From IMG/VR virus record IMGVR_UViG_3300049479_000313, positions 1-55,629 of that record: a stretch of DNA of 55,629 nucleotides. One strand, given 5' to 3'. This document shows, piece by piece, positions 16,906 through 26,493 of the stretch. Every line of letters starts with the position of its first letter. Position 1 is the first letter of the stretch. The stretch is from a virus (taxonomy: Duplodnaviria > Caudoviricetes). The notes under the pieces are model-generated. The model worked only from the letters and a program-made list of their open reading frames with translations. It searched no databases and was not told the origin of the DNA. The translations under genes were made by a program, and so were the position numbers.

Positions 16906-18777
16906 ATGGCCGGGCGCAAACGCGGACGGCAGGATAACAGCCTGCTCCAGGGGGACTTGTTCGACTCCCCCATGAACAACTCCACGGGCTGGGCCCCGCC
17001 CATGGAGTTTCCCCGCCTGCATGGCATGATCAGCCTCGACCTCGAGACCCGGGACGATGGGCTACGCACCGCGTTAGGCCCGGGGTGGCCCGTGGGCAAT
17101 GGACATCCCACCGGGGTGGCCGTGGCCACGGCCGATGCCGCGTGGTACTTCCCCACGCGGCATGCGCCGGGCGGCAACGTGGACGAGCGCGCGGTGTGGC
17201 GTTGGCTGCGCGACCAGCTCGGCCACGTGGATAGCGTGGTCATGCAGAATGCCACGTACGATCTGGGCTGGCTGCGCACGGTGGATGTAGCGGTGCCGTG
17301 CCCCATCCACGACACGAAGGCGATGGCGGCCCTCCTGGACGAGAACCGCAACAGCTATTCGCTGGAAGCCCTCGGCAAGGACTACCTCGGACAGGAGAAG
17401 CGCGTCGACCTGCTCGACACGTACGCCAAGCGCTGGGGCATGACCGGCAAGCCGGGGGAGAACATCTGGCGCATGCCGCCGTTCATCGTGGGCCCGTACG
17501 CGGAGATGGATGCCCGGCTCACGTTCGACTTGGCCCAGAGCTTCTTGCCCCGGCTCGCTGCCGAGGACCTCCTGGACGTGTACCAGCTGGAAATGGACTT
17601 GGTGCCCGTGCTGCTGGCCATGCGCGCCCGGGGCATGCGGGTGGACGTGCCTCGGGCCGAGCAATTGCGCGAACAGCTGCTCTCCGAGGAAGCCGACCTG
17701 CGTGATAGCATTAAGCAGCTGAGCGGCGAGTCGGTGGATCCGTGGGACGTGGAGAGCGTGGCCCGGGCGCTCAAGGCCCGGGGCATTGTGCCCGGGCGCA
17801 CGGAGGCGGGCGCCGTCAGCATCACGAAGGAGTTCCTCGCCGCCCACGCGGACGAGCGCGTGGCCCACGACGTGCTCCAGCTGCGCCGCGTGAATAAGCT
17901 GCGCAGTGGGTTCGTGGAGGGCGCGTTCCTGGCCCATGTGCAGAACGGGCGCATGTACCCGGAATTCCATCCCCTGCGCAGCGACGACGGGGGCGCCGTC
18001 ACCGGGCGCTTCAGCAGTAGCAACCCCAACGCCCAGCAGTTCCCCGCCCGGCGCGAGGAGGACGCGCGCCTGATCCGGGGGCTGATCCTGCCGGAGGACG
18101 GCTGTCAGTGGTTTGCCGCCGACTACAACCAGCAGGAGCCGCGCATGCTGGTGCACTTTGCCAGCCTCATGCAGCTGCGCCGCGCCGGAGAAGCGGCTGA
18201 GGCGTACCGGCGCGACCCGCGCACGGACTTCCATCAGTTCGTGGCCGATCTCACGGGGCTGCCGCGCAAGATCGCGAAGAACATTAATCTGGGCAAGTTC
18301 TACGGCATGGGCGGCGGCAAGTACGCGCGCAGTGTGGGCCTGCCCGTGGTGCGGGTCGACGGGCGAGAGTACGCGGGCCCGGAGGCGCAGGCGCAGCTGG
18401 ATCAGTACGATGCGCACTTGCCCTTCGTGTCGGCCTTCTACCAGCGGGCGCAAGGCGTGGCCCGGGAACGTGGCTGGGTGCGGACCATCGTGGGTCGACG
18501 GCGCCGCTTCCAGCCCGTGCACGAGCGCGGGGCCAGCCCGCACAAGGCGCTGAACGCCGTGATCCAGGGCAGCAGCGCCGACCAGAACAAGCGGGCGATG
18601 GTGGCGCTGCATCGGTCCGGGGTCGCGTTAGGCGCCGTGGTGCACGACGAGATCGACGGCAGCGCCCCGCCCGAGGACGCGGCCCTGATTACGGAGTGCA
18701 TGCAGGACTGTCTCCGGCTGGAGGTGCCCAGCGTGGTGGACTTGGCATGGGGCCCCACGTGGGGCGAGGCCGCATGA
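16906..18777 (+). CDS. Family A DNA polymerase with 3'-5' exonuclease
   Basis: Exonuclease DLET, NATYD, YAEMDA; TGRFSSSNPN, motif A DYNQQEPR, motif B KNINLGKFYG, motif C VHDE. Confidence 0.97.
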   Translation: MAGRKRGRQDNSLLQGDLFDSPMNNSTGWAPPMEFPRLHGMISLDLETRDDGLRTALGPGWPVGNGHPTGVAVATADAAWYFPTRHAPGGNVDERAVWRWLRDQLGHVDSVVMQNATYDLGWLRTVDVAVPCPIHDTKAMAALLDENRNSYSLEALGKDYLGQEKRVDLLDTYAKRWGMTGKPGENIWRMPPFIVGPYAEMDARLTFDLAQSFLPRLAAEDLLDVYQLEMDLVPVLLAMRARGMRVDVPRAEQLREQLLSEEADLRDSIKQLSGESVDPWDVESVARALKARGIVPGRTEAGAVSITKEFLAAHADERVAHDVLQLRRVNKLRSGFVEGAFLAHVQNGRMYPEFHPLRSDDGGAVTGRFSSSNPNAQQFPARREEDARLIRGLILPEDGCQWFAADYNQQEPRMLVHFASLMQLRRAGEAAEAYRRDPRTDFHQFVADLTGLPRKIAKNINLGKFYGMGGGKYARSVGLPVVRVDGREYAGPEAQAQLDQYDAHLPFVSAFYQRAQGVARERGWVRTIVGRRRRFQPVHERGASPHKALNAVIQGSSADQNKRAMVALHRSGVALGAVVHDEIDGSAPPEDAALITECMQDCLRLEVPSVVDLAWGPTWGEAA

Positions 18778-19013
18778 ATACCTACGTGCTGTTGCGAGAG
18801 ACGCGTCGGAAGGGTGACCTGATCCACGTGCACCGGACCGGGTGTGGGTGTCGCTTCCGGCGCGGCGGCATCTGGTGCTTCATCCAGGCGTCCGGCCTCA
18901 CCCTGCTGCAAACATCCTCGGCGTACACCCGCCGGGTGCAAGACTATCTACCGCATTTCGTGCGCACCCATCCGTGCGCATTTGACCCTCCTTCTTCGGA
19001 GACTTCTCCATGA
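18774..19013 (+). CDS. Hypothetical protein
   Basis: ATGA coupling on both sides. Confidence 0.5.
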   Translation: MNTYVLLRETRRKGDLIHVHRTGCGCRFRRGGIWCFIQASGLTLLQTSSAYTRRVQDYLPHFVRTHPCAFDPPSSETSP

Positions 19014-19261
19014 CTCGACGACTCCTGTTCCTGAGCATGCTCCTCGCCAGTTGTTCTGACTCCACGGATCCTTCGCCTGCCCCGGCGCGCACGGTGGAAA
19101 GTGCCACGCGGGCCCTGGACGAGGCGCTCATCGCCCTGAACTGGGCCCAGTATGACTTGTTCGCTGTGGGCGGACGCGACATCGTGGTCAGCGTGCAGGT
19201 GGACAGCGCCATTGCGCCCCACTACTTCCGCGTACCCCGGCGCCCGGCGGTGCGCCCATGA
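19010..19261 (+). CDS. Putative lipoprotein
   Basis: MTRRLLFLSMLLAS-C lipobox-like signal. Confidence 0.6.
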   Translation: MTRRLLFLSMLLASCSDSTDPSPAPARTVESATRALDEALIALNWAQYDLFAVGGRDIVVSVQVDSAIAPHYFRVPRRPAVRP

Positions 19262-19536
19262 CGACCCGCCCTGAGCTGAAGACCATTGAGCGGCTGCGCT
19301 TGGCCGCATGGTGGACCGTGCGCTGGGCCCAGAACGCGGCCCTGCGCAACGATCTCCACGCGTTTCAGGCCCAGTGTACAGCCATCGCCGTGGTGGCCGA
19401 GCCGACGGTGCTGCGGGAGCAGGTGGTGCGGCTGGGCGAGCAGTTGCAGGCGCTGGCCCTGCGCGTAGAGGATGAGCGACATCGGAACGCCATGCTGTTC
19501 GTGGCCTCGGAGGCGGAGTCCTATGCTGCCGGTTGA
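19258..19536 (+). CDS. Hypothetical protein
   Basis: Coupled ORF. Confidence 0.5.
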   Translation: MTTRPELKTIERLRLAAWWTVRWAQNAALRNDLHAFQAQCTAIAVVAEPTVLREQVVRLGEQLQALALRVEDERHRNAMLFVASEAESYAAG

Positions 19537-21070
19537 AGACCGCTTCCAGCACTTGTTCCGGGGCTATGGGCTGGCCTATGGGCGCTTCAACGCGGCCCCG
19601 CCGAGCGCGGGCGGCGCCAAGGTCAAGGGCCGGGCCGAAACGGTGCGGGCCCCGTTAGGCCCGGCGCAGTACGCGGCGCATCTCAGTGGGGCGGCGGGGC
19701 TGGGGGTGATCATGCTGGACGAGCGCGATCAGTGCGCCTTTGTGGCCATTGATTACGATCATCGCACCGTGGACCACGCCGTGCTGGCTCGGCAACTGGC
19801 GGAGTTGCCCGTGGTGGTGTGCCGCAGCAAGTCGGGCGGCGCGCACCTCTACGTGTTCTTCGCGGCCCCGGCCGACGCAGCGATTGCGTTGCTGTGGCTG
19901 GAGGAACTGCGCGCGTGGCTGGGGTTGCCGAGTGGGACGGAACTGTTCCCCAAGCAGACGCAGCGCGCCGATGCCAACGACATTGGCAGCTGGATTAATC
20001 TGCCCTACATGGGCGGCGACGCCAGCACCCGCTACGCCGTGCACCCGGAGGAGGGGGCGCTGAGTCTGGCGGCCTTCCTCGACTACGCCGAGAGCATGCG
20101 CGTGGCCGATCAGTCCGCACTGCCTACCTTGCCGCAGCGCGGCACCCTGTTCGCCGATGGGCCGCCCTGCCTGCAGGCGTACGAGGCCCAAGGCGGCTTC
20201 CCCGAGGGCATGCGCAACGAGGGCATGAAGGCCGTGGCCACCTATGCCAAGCGCCGCTATGGGGCCCAGTGGGAGGAGGAGCTGGTGCGGGCCAACCCCG
20301 TGATGGGGAACCTGCCCTTGGCCGAGATCAGCCACTTGGCCAAGTCCTACGGCCGGAAGGACTACACCTACGCCTGCGGCAAGGCGCCGCTCGTCACGCA
20401 CTGTGCGCGCAAGGTGTGCGTGCGACGCAAGTTTGGGGTGCGTGGCAGCGGCAGCGGCGAGGAAGAGGCCGAGCTCATGGCCGAGCTGGATGGGCTGGTG
20501 TGTGTGCAGAGCGAGCCCGACGCCTCGGGCTTGGTCGATGCGGAGAGTACCATGTGGTACCTGAACGTCAACGGGCACCGGGTGCGCCTCTCCACGGAGG
20601 AGCTCCAGAACCCGGCGGCCTTCAATCGGGCGTGCTTGGCGCAGATCCGGTTGCAGCCCTTAGCGTTAGGCGCCAAGGCATGGCGCACCAAGGTCAACGA
20701 GCTCGCGAGTGCGGCCGAGGTGCAGACCATTCCCTATGCGGCCACGCCCGACGGCATCACGTGGGCGCATGTGGGCGAGTACTTGGCCAACAGCGCCACG
20801 TGCACCGAGAAGCGACAGGTGCTCATGGGCGGCGTGTACGTGGAGCAGGGCGAGGCGCACTTTGTGCTGCATCGCCTGATGGAGTTCCTGCATGCGCGGC
20901 GCGTGCCCTTCGGGCGCGCGGAGCGCTTGCGCATCATCCTGCTGCGGCATGGGGCGCGCTTGTACCACGAGCCCCTGAACGGCGCCGCCGCCGTGCCCCT
21001 TTGGGCCGTGCCCCATGTGCCCGGGGCTCCGGCCGACGCGCCCGCTGCGGCGGTGGGTGTGGCGTTCTAA
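19523..21070 (+). CDS. Archaeo-eukaryotic primase (AEP) family primase/primpol
   Basis: AIDYD (DxD), RSKSGGAHLY, INLPY; PPCL..GMRN C-terminal segment and a Cys cluster; GGAGG RBS. Confidence 0.85.
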   Translation: MLPVEDRFQHLFRGYGLAYGRFNAAPPSAGGAKVKGRAETVRAPLGPAQYAAHLSGAAGLGVIMLDERDQCAFVAIDYDHRTVDHAVLARQLAELPVVVCRSKSGGAHLYVFFAAPADAAIALLWLEELRAWLGLPSGTELFPKQTQRADANDIGSWINLPYMGGDASTRYAVHPEEGALSLAAFLDYAESMRVADQSALPTLPQRGTLFADGPPCLQAYEAQGGFPEGMRNEGMKAVATYAKRRYGAQWEEELVRANPVMGNLPLAEISHLAKSYGRKDYTYACGKAPLVTHCARKVCVRRKFGVRGSGSGEEEAELMAELDGLVCVQSEPDASGLVDAESTMWYLNVNGHRVRLSTEELQNPAAFNRACLAQIRLQPLALGAKAWRTKVNELASAAEVQTIPYAATPDGITWAHVGEYLANSATCTEKRQVLMGGVYVEQGEAHFVLHRLMEFLHARRVPFGRAERLRIILLRHGARLYHEPLNGAAAVPLWAVPHVPGAPADAPAAAVGVAF

Positions 21071-21087
21071 CCTTCATGGAGAAAACA

Positions 21088-21333
21088 ATGACGAAGACCC
21101 TCGAAGAATTGGCCCAGTGGGCGGAGCAGTACGCCGGGGACCCCGACGCGCTGCGCTCGGCGGCCTATTACGGCAGCGCGGAAGAGCATCTGACGGCCAT
21201 TGCGGTTGTCCTGCGACGACAGCACACGCTCGTCCTCCGGGCGCGTGCGGTCGTCGGGCACCTGACGAGGCTCCGCGCCGCCGCCGATATTGTGGACACC
21301 CTTGCTGAGGAGACGGCCCATGACGTCCATTGA
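21088..21333 (+). CDS. Hypothetical protein
   Basis: GGAG RBS before the ATG. Confidence 0.55.
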   Translation: MTKTLEELAQWAEQYAGDPDALRSAAYYGSAEEHLTAIAVVLRRQHTLVLRARAVVGHLTRLRAAADIVDTLAEETAHDVH

Positions 21334-21535
21334 CCCTCGCCCCTTGTCCTTGTCCGTGCATCGCGTGCCGGGCGGCGAGTGGGTGCGCGTGCCGGGCGAA
21401 GTGCACACGGTCACGGTGCTCAATCCGCGCACGGTGGGCGCCCTGCGCATGGCCAAGGCGTTAGGCGCCCGGCTGGTGGTCGAGTACGACGACCACCTCA
21501 CGCTGCGCATCTACGTGGAACAGGAGGTACGATGA
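21320..21535 (+). CDS. Hypothetical protein
   Basis: GAGGAG RBS. Confidence 0.55.
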   Translation: MTSIDPRPLSLSVHRVPGGEWVRVPGEVHTVTVLNPRTVGALRMAKALGARLVVEYDDHLTLRIYVEQEVR

Positions 21536-21738
21536 TCCCCAACGTGCTGGTCTACCTTGGCGGCGTGCTGGTGTTCGCCGCCGGGGCCCGCCTGCTCACG
21601 GCGCACTACGGCGGGCCGCTGGGCTTCACCGACCGGGTCCTCATCGCCGTGGCGGCGGTCATGTGGCCGTTCAGCTTGCCGTTCTTGATCGTGCTGGGGC
21701 TGGCCTACGTCGCCACGGGACGATTCTTTGATGGCTAG
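21532..21738 (+). CDS. Small two-TM membrane protein
   Basis: AGGAGG RBS; two hydrophobic helices. Confidence 0.65.
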   Translation: MIPNVLVYLGGVLVFAAGARLLTAHYGGPLGFTDRVLIAVAAVMWPFSLPFLIVLGLAYVATGRFFDG

Positions 21739-21807
21739 CCGGTCCGCAGCGGAGTTATCGTGGGCCCGGTCAGGGGCCGGGCCCACCCCCATTTTACGGA
21801 GCCGCAA

Positions 21808-21969
21808 ATGGACTTTCGTGAGGTTGAACGGCTGGACTGGTCGGCGCGGCAACTCGCCCGGGCGTTTGATGAACTGGCCGTGGCCCTGGAGCAGTCGCTG
21901 CGCTCCCTTTCCCGGTTCGCGGTCGCGGCTGTCGTCCGCTCCCGCTCCCGATCGCGGAGGAAGTGGTGA
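21808..21969 (+). CDS. Small basic hypothetical protein
   Basis: GGAG RBS; RSRSRSRRK tail. Confidence 0.4.
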   Translation: MDFREVERLDWSARQLARAFDELAVALEQSLRSLSRFAVAAVVRSRSRSRRKW

Positions 21970-21982
21970 TGCGCAAACTCCT

Positions 21983-22095
21983 CGCGCGCGTACGCGCGTA
22001 TATGCGCGCGCGCGCACTCCCCACGCGGGCGAAGGATTTCGGAAGAACATCTCCGCGTCTTCGACGCGCGTACGTACGCCCGAGCGCGCGTTTAT
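21983..22095. repeat. Alternating purine/pyrimidine (CG/TA) tract plus inverted-repeat element, copy 2; candidate origin or regulatory site
   Basis: CGCGCGCGTACGCGCGTATATGCGCGCGCGCGCA; inverted homology to 5021-5103; intergenic, downstream of the primase. Confidence 0.8.
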
Positions 22096-22557
22096 ATGGG
22101 TGAAGATCGCTTCTGGGCCCGGCTGCGCACCCACCTGCCCGGGCACGTGGTGGCCCAACGTCTGACCGACCGGCTGGCGCTGGCGGTGCCCGACGTGGTG
22201 TGGACGTGGGACGGGGTCACCGGCTTCACCGAGCTCAAAGTCACAGCGCCGCTGGCCCGCAGCCCCGAGTTCCGCATTGACTGGCGCCCGGGGCAACCCG
22301 CGTGGCTGTGGCGCTGGGCCCATGCCGGGGCCCGGGCGGTGGCCACGGTCCACGTGGAGGGCGTGGGCCTCTACACGCTGGATCCGGCGTCGTGGGGGCT
22401 GGAGTGGGTGGAGCTCGTGCAGCAGCGGCTCCCGTTCACGAGTCCGTTGCTCACCCATCACTGGCCCGTGCCGGGGCGCGTGTGGCCGGGCGCCGGGCTC
22501 ACGCCGTGGCTGCGACGCGCCTGGACTAGCCTAACGCCTGCGTCGCCACTAGGTTAG
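22096..22557 (+). CDS. PD-(D/E)xK nuclease (Holliday junction resolvase / VRR-NUC-like)
   Basis: E near the N-terminus, VPDVV, FTELK, Q..W. Confidence 0.7.
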   Translation: MGEDRFWARLRTHLPGHVVAQRLTDRLALAVPDVVWTWDGVTGFTELKVTAPLARSPEFRIDWRPGQPAWLWRWAHAGARAVATVHVEGVGLYTLDPASWGLEWVELVQQRLPFTSPLLTHHWPVPGRVWPGAGLTPWLRRAWTSLTPASPLG

Positions 22558-22562
22558 CGGCC

Positions 22563-23096
22563 ATGTCCGACCTCACTGACGATCGCGTGCTCGATCCCGA
22601 CCCGCCGTCCACGCGGGACGCGCCGCCGATGGCGGACGACACACCGCGCACCATGCCGGGCGTGTTCGAAGGCGAGTGGCGCACGCTGCCTAACGGGAGC
22701 CGCTGGACCGATGCCAACGGCAACTCGTGGCGTCGAGCCAAGAACGGACGCCTGAAGATTGGCGGCAGTCATCCGGGCGTCACCGGCCCCAAGCCGCAGG
22801 CGCTGCGGATGAAGGCCCGGGCCGACTTGAACGAGATCCTGGCGCTGGCGAAGAAGATCGCCAAGAACCCGAAGTCCAAGGCCCGCGACGTGCTGAAGGC
22901 GATTGAGGTGCTACACAAGGTGGGCGGCATGCAGAGCGTGGCCCTGTTGAACGCCGATGGTGACAACGCCACGTTGGCCCCGGTGCAGGTGGTGGAGAAC
23001 GTCATTCCCATTCCGGCCAGTCAGGCCGAGGCCCGGGCGGCGGAGGAGCGCGAGTTGCCCGCCTTGGAGTTTGAATCGGACGATGACGGCCAGTGA
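22563..23096 (+). CDS. Putative terminase small subunit
   Basis: Directly upstream of and overlapping TerL; NGRLKIGG..PG motif, basic helices, acidic tail. Confidence 0.6.
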   Translation: MSDLTDDRVLDPDPPSTRDAPPMADDTPRTMPGVFEGEWRTLPNGSRWTDANGNSWRRAKNGRLKIGGSHPGVTGPKPQALRMKARADLNEILALAKKIAKNPKSKARDVLKAIEVLHKVGGMQSVALLNADGDNATLAPVQVVENVIPIPASQAEARAAEERELPALEFESDDDGQ

Positions 23097-24346
23097 CCGT
23101 TGTCACGCTGAGTCCATGGCAGACGCGCGTCTACCGGGATCCGGCGCGCTTCAAGGTCATCATTGCGGGACGGCAAAGCGGCAAGTCGCACGAAGTGCGC
23201 ACGGAGATGATTACGGCAGCCCTCGCTCGGCCTCGGCAGCTGGTGGAGTACTTCGCGCCGACACGCGACATGGCCCAGGACCTGATGTGGGATCCGCTCA
23301 AGCAGACCTTGAGCGAGGGCTACATTCTCAAGATCAACGAGTCCCGGCTCCAGATCACCACGCGCAACAACAGCATCCTCCGGCTCCGGAGCGCCGACGT
23401 GCCCGACCGGGCCAAGGGCGTGGGCCGACACTTGGTGGTGCTGGACGAGTTCGTGCAGATGGAGAAGGACATCTGGTACGAGGCCATTCGGCCGTCCCTG
23501 TCGGCCACGGGCGGGCGGGCCATCTTCACCAGCACGCCCAAGGGCTACAACTGGGGCTACGACCTGTGGCTCCGGGCCTTGAACCCGGACTATCCGCAGT
23601 GGAGCGCCCACACGGTCACGTCGCTGGACGCGGGCCTCATCAGCGCCGACGACATCGCCGAGGCCCGGGCGACGCTGGACCCGCGCACGTTTCGGCAAGA
23701 GTACGAGGCCAGCTTCGAGACGCTGTCGGGGCGCGTGTACGATCGCTACAGCCGGGCACCGTATCCCGAGGGCAACTTGGATGCGAGCGTGTGCGATGAT
23801 CCGGACTTGCCCTTGCTGGTCGGCATGGACTTCAACGTGCATCCCATGAGCGCCACGTTAGGCGTCATGCGGGCCGACGAGTACCATGTGTTCCAGGCCC
23901 TGGAGCTCCCCACCAGCAACACGGAGGAGATGGCGCAGTATCTGCGGCAGTATGCCGGGGACCGGCGCGTGGTCCACGTGTGCCCGGACCCCAGCGGGCG
24001 CAGTCGGCGCACCAGTGCCCAGCGCGACACGACGGACTTCACGATCCTGGAGTCGTTCGGCCACTTTGTGGATGCGCCGTTCAAGGCCCCACTGGTGGGC
24101 GACCGGGTCAACAACACCCAGTCCAATCTGGGCAGCACGGACGGGCGTCGCCGCGTGCGCATTCATCCCACGGGCGGCGCCCTGCTGGGCCGGGCGCTGG
24201 ATGGTCTGACGTACAAGGAAGGCACCAACGTCGTGAACAAGGACAGCGGTCTGGATCACTTGCCGGATGCGCTGGGGTACGTGCTGTGGCAGGAGTTCAA
24301 CCTCCTCACGCGATCCTGGACCGTGAAATCCTACCGGAGTTCGTGA
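23093..24346 (+). CDS. terL: Terminase large subunit
   Basis: AGRQSGKS Walker A, VLDEF Walker B, STPKG, RQEYEASF, GMDFN and DHLPDALGY nuclease motifs. Confidence 0.96.
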   Translation: MTVVTLSPWQTRVYRDPARFKVIIAGRQSGKSHEVRTEMITAALARPRQLVEYFAPTRDMAQDLMWDPLKQTLSEGYILKINESRLQITTRNNSILRLRSADVPDRAKGVGRHLVVLDEFVQMEKDIWYEAIRPSLSATGGRAIFTSTPKGYNWGYDLWLRALNPDYPQWSAHTVTSLDAGLISADDIAEARATLDPRTFRQEYEASFETLSGRVYDRYSRAPYPEGNLDASVCDDPDLPLLVGMDFNVHPMSATLGVMRADEYHVFQALELPTSNTEEMAQYLRQYAGDRRVVHVCPDPSGRSRRTSAQRDTTDFTILESFGHFVDAPFKAPLVGDRVNNTQSNLGSTDGRRRVRIHPTGGALLGRALDGLTYKEGTNVVNKDSGLDHLPDALGYVLWQEFNLLTRSWTVKSYRSS

Positions 24347-24350
24347 CCCT

Positions 24351-24731
24351 ATGACCACTCATCTGTGCCCGCGCCGCGCGGAACTCCCGCCCAACTCGCC
24401 GCTCCCCGACGGGGAGGATACGTGGATCGACGGACGCACCTGCTCTTTCTGCGGATCCATTTCCGGCGACGCTTTCATGTTGCTCGTGCGGAAGGGCGCC
24501 GTCATTGACCCGACGGACAAGTCGTACAAAGCGTACATCCAGGATCGAGGAACTGACCCGGAGGAGGGACCGAGACCCGTCGAGACTGGATTCTCGAAGT
24601 TCTACTTCCAGCACCTGAGCGAGGAGCAACAGCGCGCGTTCGTTGGCCTGTGCAACGCGGGCACGGTGCGGCTCGGCTGGCCCGGGCGCTTCTACGTGTG
24701 GCCCTTCTTCATGACCGTGGTGCCCCGATGA
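24351..24731 (+). CDS. Hypothetical protein (CSFCGS) between terminase and portal
   Basis: Coupled to the portal; codon usage slightly different. Confidence 0.65.
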   Translation: MTTHLCPRRAELPPNSPLPDGEDTWIDGRTCSFCGSISGDAFMLLVRKGAVIDPTDKSYKAYIQDRGTDPEEGPRPVETGFSKFYFQHLSEEQQRAFVGLCNAGTVRLGWPGRFYVWPFFMTVVPR

Positions 24732-26218
24732 CTACCCCGCAACTGGCGAACGACTCGCCCGACTACAAGCATCCGCAGTACGCGGTCATGCGGGCCCTGT
24801 GGCAGGTGTGTCGTGACTTCGTGGCGGGCACGGCCACCGTGCGCGCCAAGCGCGAGACCTACCTGCCTCGGCACGAGGCCGAGGAGCCGGCCGATTACGA
24901 CCTCCGGCTGAAGTACGCGGTGGTCTACAATGCGTTTGCCCGGGCGCTGGACGCATTGACCGGCCTCGCCTTCCAGAACAACCCCGAGCTGGGCGCCGAT
25001 GTCGGCCCGCAGACCCGGGCGGACTGGGAGAACATCGACCTCAAGGGCACGCATGGCGACGTGTTTGCCCGGCGCCTGTTGCTGGAGGGCTTGATCACGG
25101 GCTATGTGGGGCTCCTGACCGACATGCCGCCCGCGCGCCCGAACCTCACCTTGGCGCAGGAGCGCGCGCTCGGCGTGCGCCCCTATTGGGTGATGTACAC
25201 GGCCGAACAGATCGTCAACTGGCGCGTGGGGCCGATGGACGATGGCCAGTTGGGCCTGACCTTGCTCGTGCTGGATGAGCCGGTCGTGGTGCCCGACGGG
25301 GCCTTCGGCCAGAAGACCATTCCCCAGTTCCGCGTCTTCCGCAAGGATGCCCCCGGGGCCCCGGTGCTGTGGCAGGTGTGGCGTCAGGAAGCGGGCAAGG
25401 CGTACACGATCTTCGAGGAGGGAGTGCTCACCAATCCGCGCATCCCCTTCGGCGTGGGCAAGTTCGGGCCCACCACGAACGGCGCATGGCTGGACACGCG
25501 TCCGCCGCTGTACGACTTGGCCGAGCTGAACATCTCGCACTATCGGTTGCTCACCGATCGGCGGCACATCATGCACTTGGCGTGCGTGCCTATTCTGGCG
25601 GAGATCGGAAGCACGCCCCCGAAGCCGGGCCAACAGCAGCGGGTCATCGGCCCGGGCGCCTTGGTACAGATCCCTAACCCGGACGGCGACCTGAAGTATG
25701 TGGAGCCTGCGGGCACGGGTCTTGCCCCCACGCGCGAGGAACTGCAGGACACGGAGCGGCGCATGGCGCAGACGTCACTGGCCTTCCTCGCCAGCGAGAC
25801 GCGCGCCGCCGAGACCGCCGAGGGCAAGCGCATTGACAGCGCCGCACAGAACGCCACCCTCAGCTCCACGATCCGGGCACTGGAGGATTTGCTGGAAGAG
25901 GCGTTAGGTCATCACGCGTACTACCGGAACGAGACGCCCGGCAGTGTGACGCTGAACCGGCAGTTCGAGGAGCTGGAGCTCACGCCGCAGATGATCAAGG
26001 TGCTGAGCGACATGGTGGCCGTGAACCAGCTGGACTTGGACACGTTCTGGGAGCTGCTGAAGCAGGGGCGCATCCTGCCCGAAGGGTTCAAGGCCGACGT
26101 GGTCAAGGCCCGGCTCCTGGACGGGGGCGCGCTCACCGTGCCGTCCGAGAAGGAGCTGGACGAAAAGCTCCCGAAGGACGACGAAACTCCTCCGGAGGAG
26201 GAGGAGGAAACGGCATGA
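24728..26218 (+). CDS. Portal protein (DUF4055/SPP1-like)
   Basis: Position and size; YLPR..E..Y..RL, PPLYDLAELNISHY, ETAE motifs. Confidence 0.9.
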   Translation: MTTPQLANDSPDYKHPQYAVMRALWQVCRDFVAGTATVRAKRETYLPRHEAEEPADYDLRLKYAVVYNAFARALDALTGLAFQNNPELGADVGPQTRADWENIDLKGTHGDVFARRLLLEGLITGYVGLLTDMPPARPNLTLAQERALGVRPYWVMYTAEQIVNWRVGPMDDGQLGLTLLVLDEPVVVPDGAFGQKTIPQFRVFRKDAPGAPVLWQVWRQEAGKAYTIFEEGVLTNPRIPFGVGKFGPTTNGAWLDTRPPLYDLAELNISHYRLLTDRRHIMHLACVPILAEIGSTPPKPGQQQRVIGPGALVQIPNPDGDLKYVEPAGTGLAPTREELQDTERRMAQTSLAFLASETRAAETAEGKRIDSAAQNATLSSTIRALEDLLEEALGHHAYYRNETPGSVTLNRQFEELELTPQMIKVLSDMVAVNQLDLDTFWELLKQGRILPEGFKADVVKARLLDGGALTVPSEKELDEKLPKDDETPPEEEEETA

Positions 26219-26493
26219 GCGACGGTCCGTGGACGCGCGTGTATCTGGAAGACGGGTCGCACATTGATGCGGACCCGGATGCGTTTCATGAGGTGCATCG
26301 CGCCTTGGCCGAGAACGCTCATGTACTGCAGGTGTACGGCGTGAGCGGCGAGGAGCGGTTGATCCCGGTGCGACGCATTGTGGATGCCGTGCGGTGGACC
26401 CCCGCGCAGATGGACGCCGTCGCTGCGCGTGAGCGCGTGGTGAACGGCACATGGCGCCGGGAACGTAAGGAGTGGGAGGATGAGGATTGCTGA
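26215..26493 (+). CDS. Hypothetical protein
   Basis: GAGGAGG RBS, coupled. Confidence 0.6.
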   Translation: MSDGPWTRVYLEDGSHIDADPDAFHEVHRALAENAHVLQVYGVSGEERLIPVRRIVDAVRWTPAQMDAVAARERVVNGTWRRERKEWEDEDC

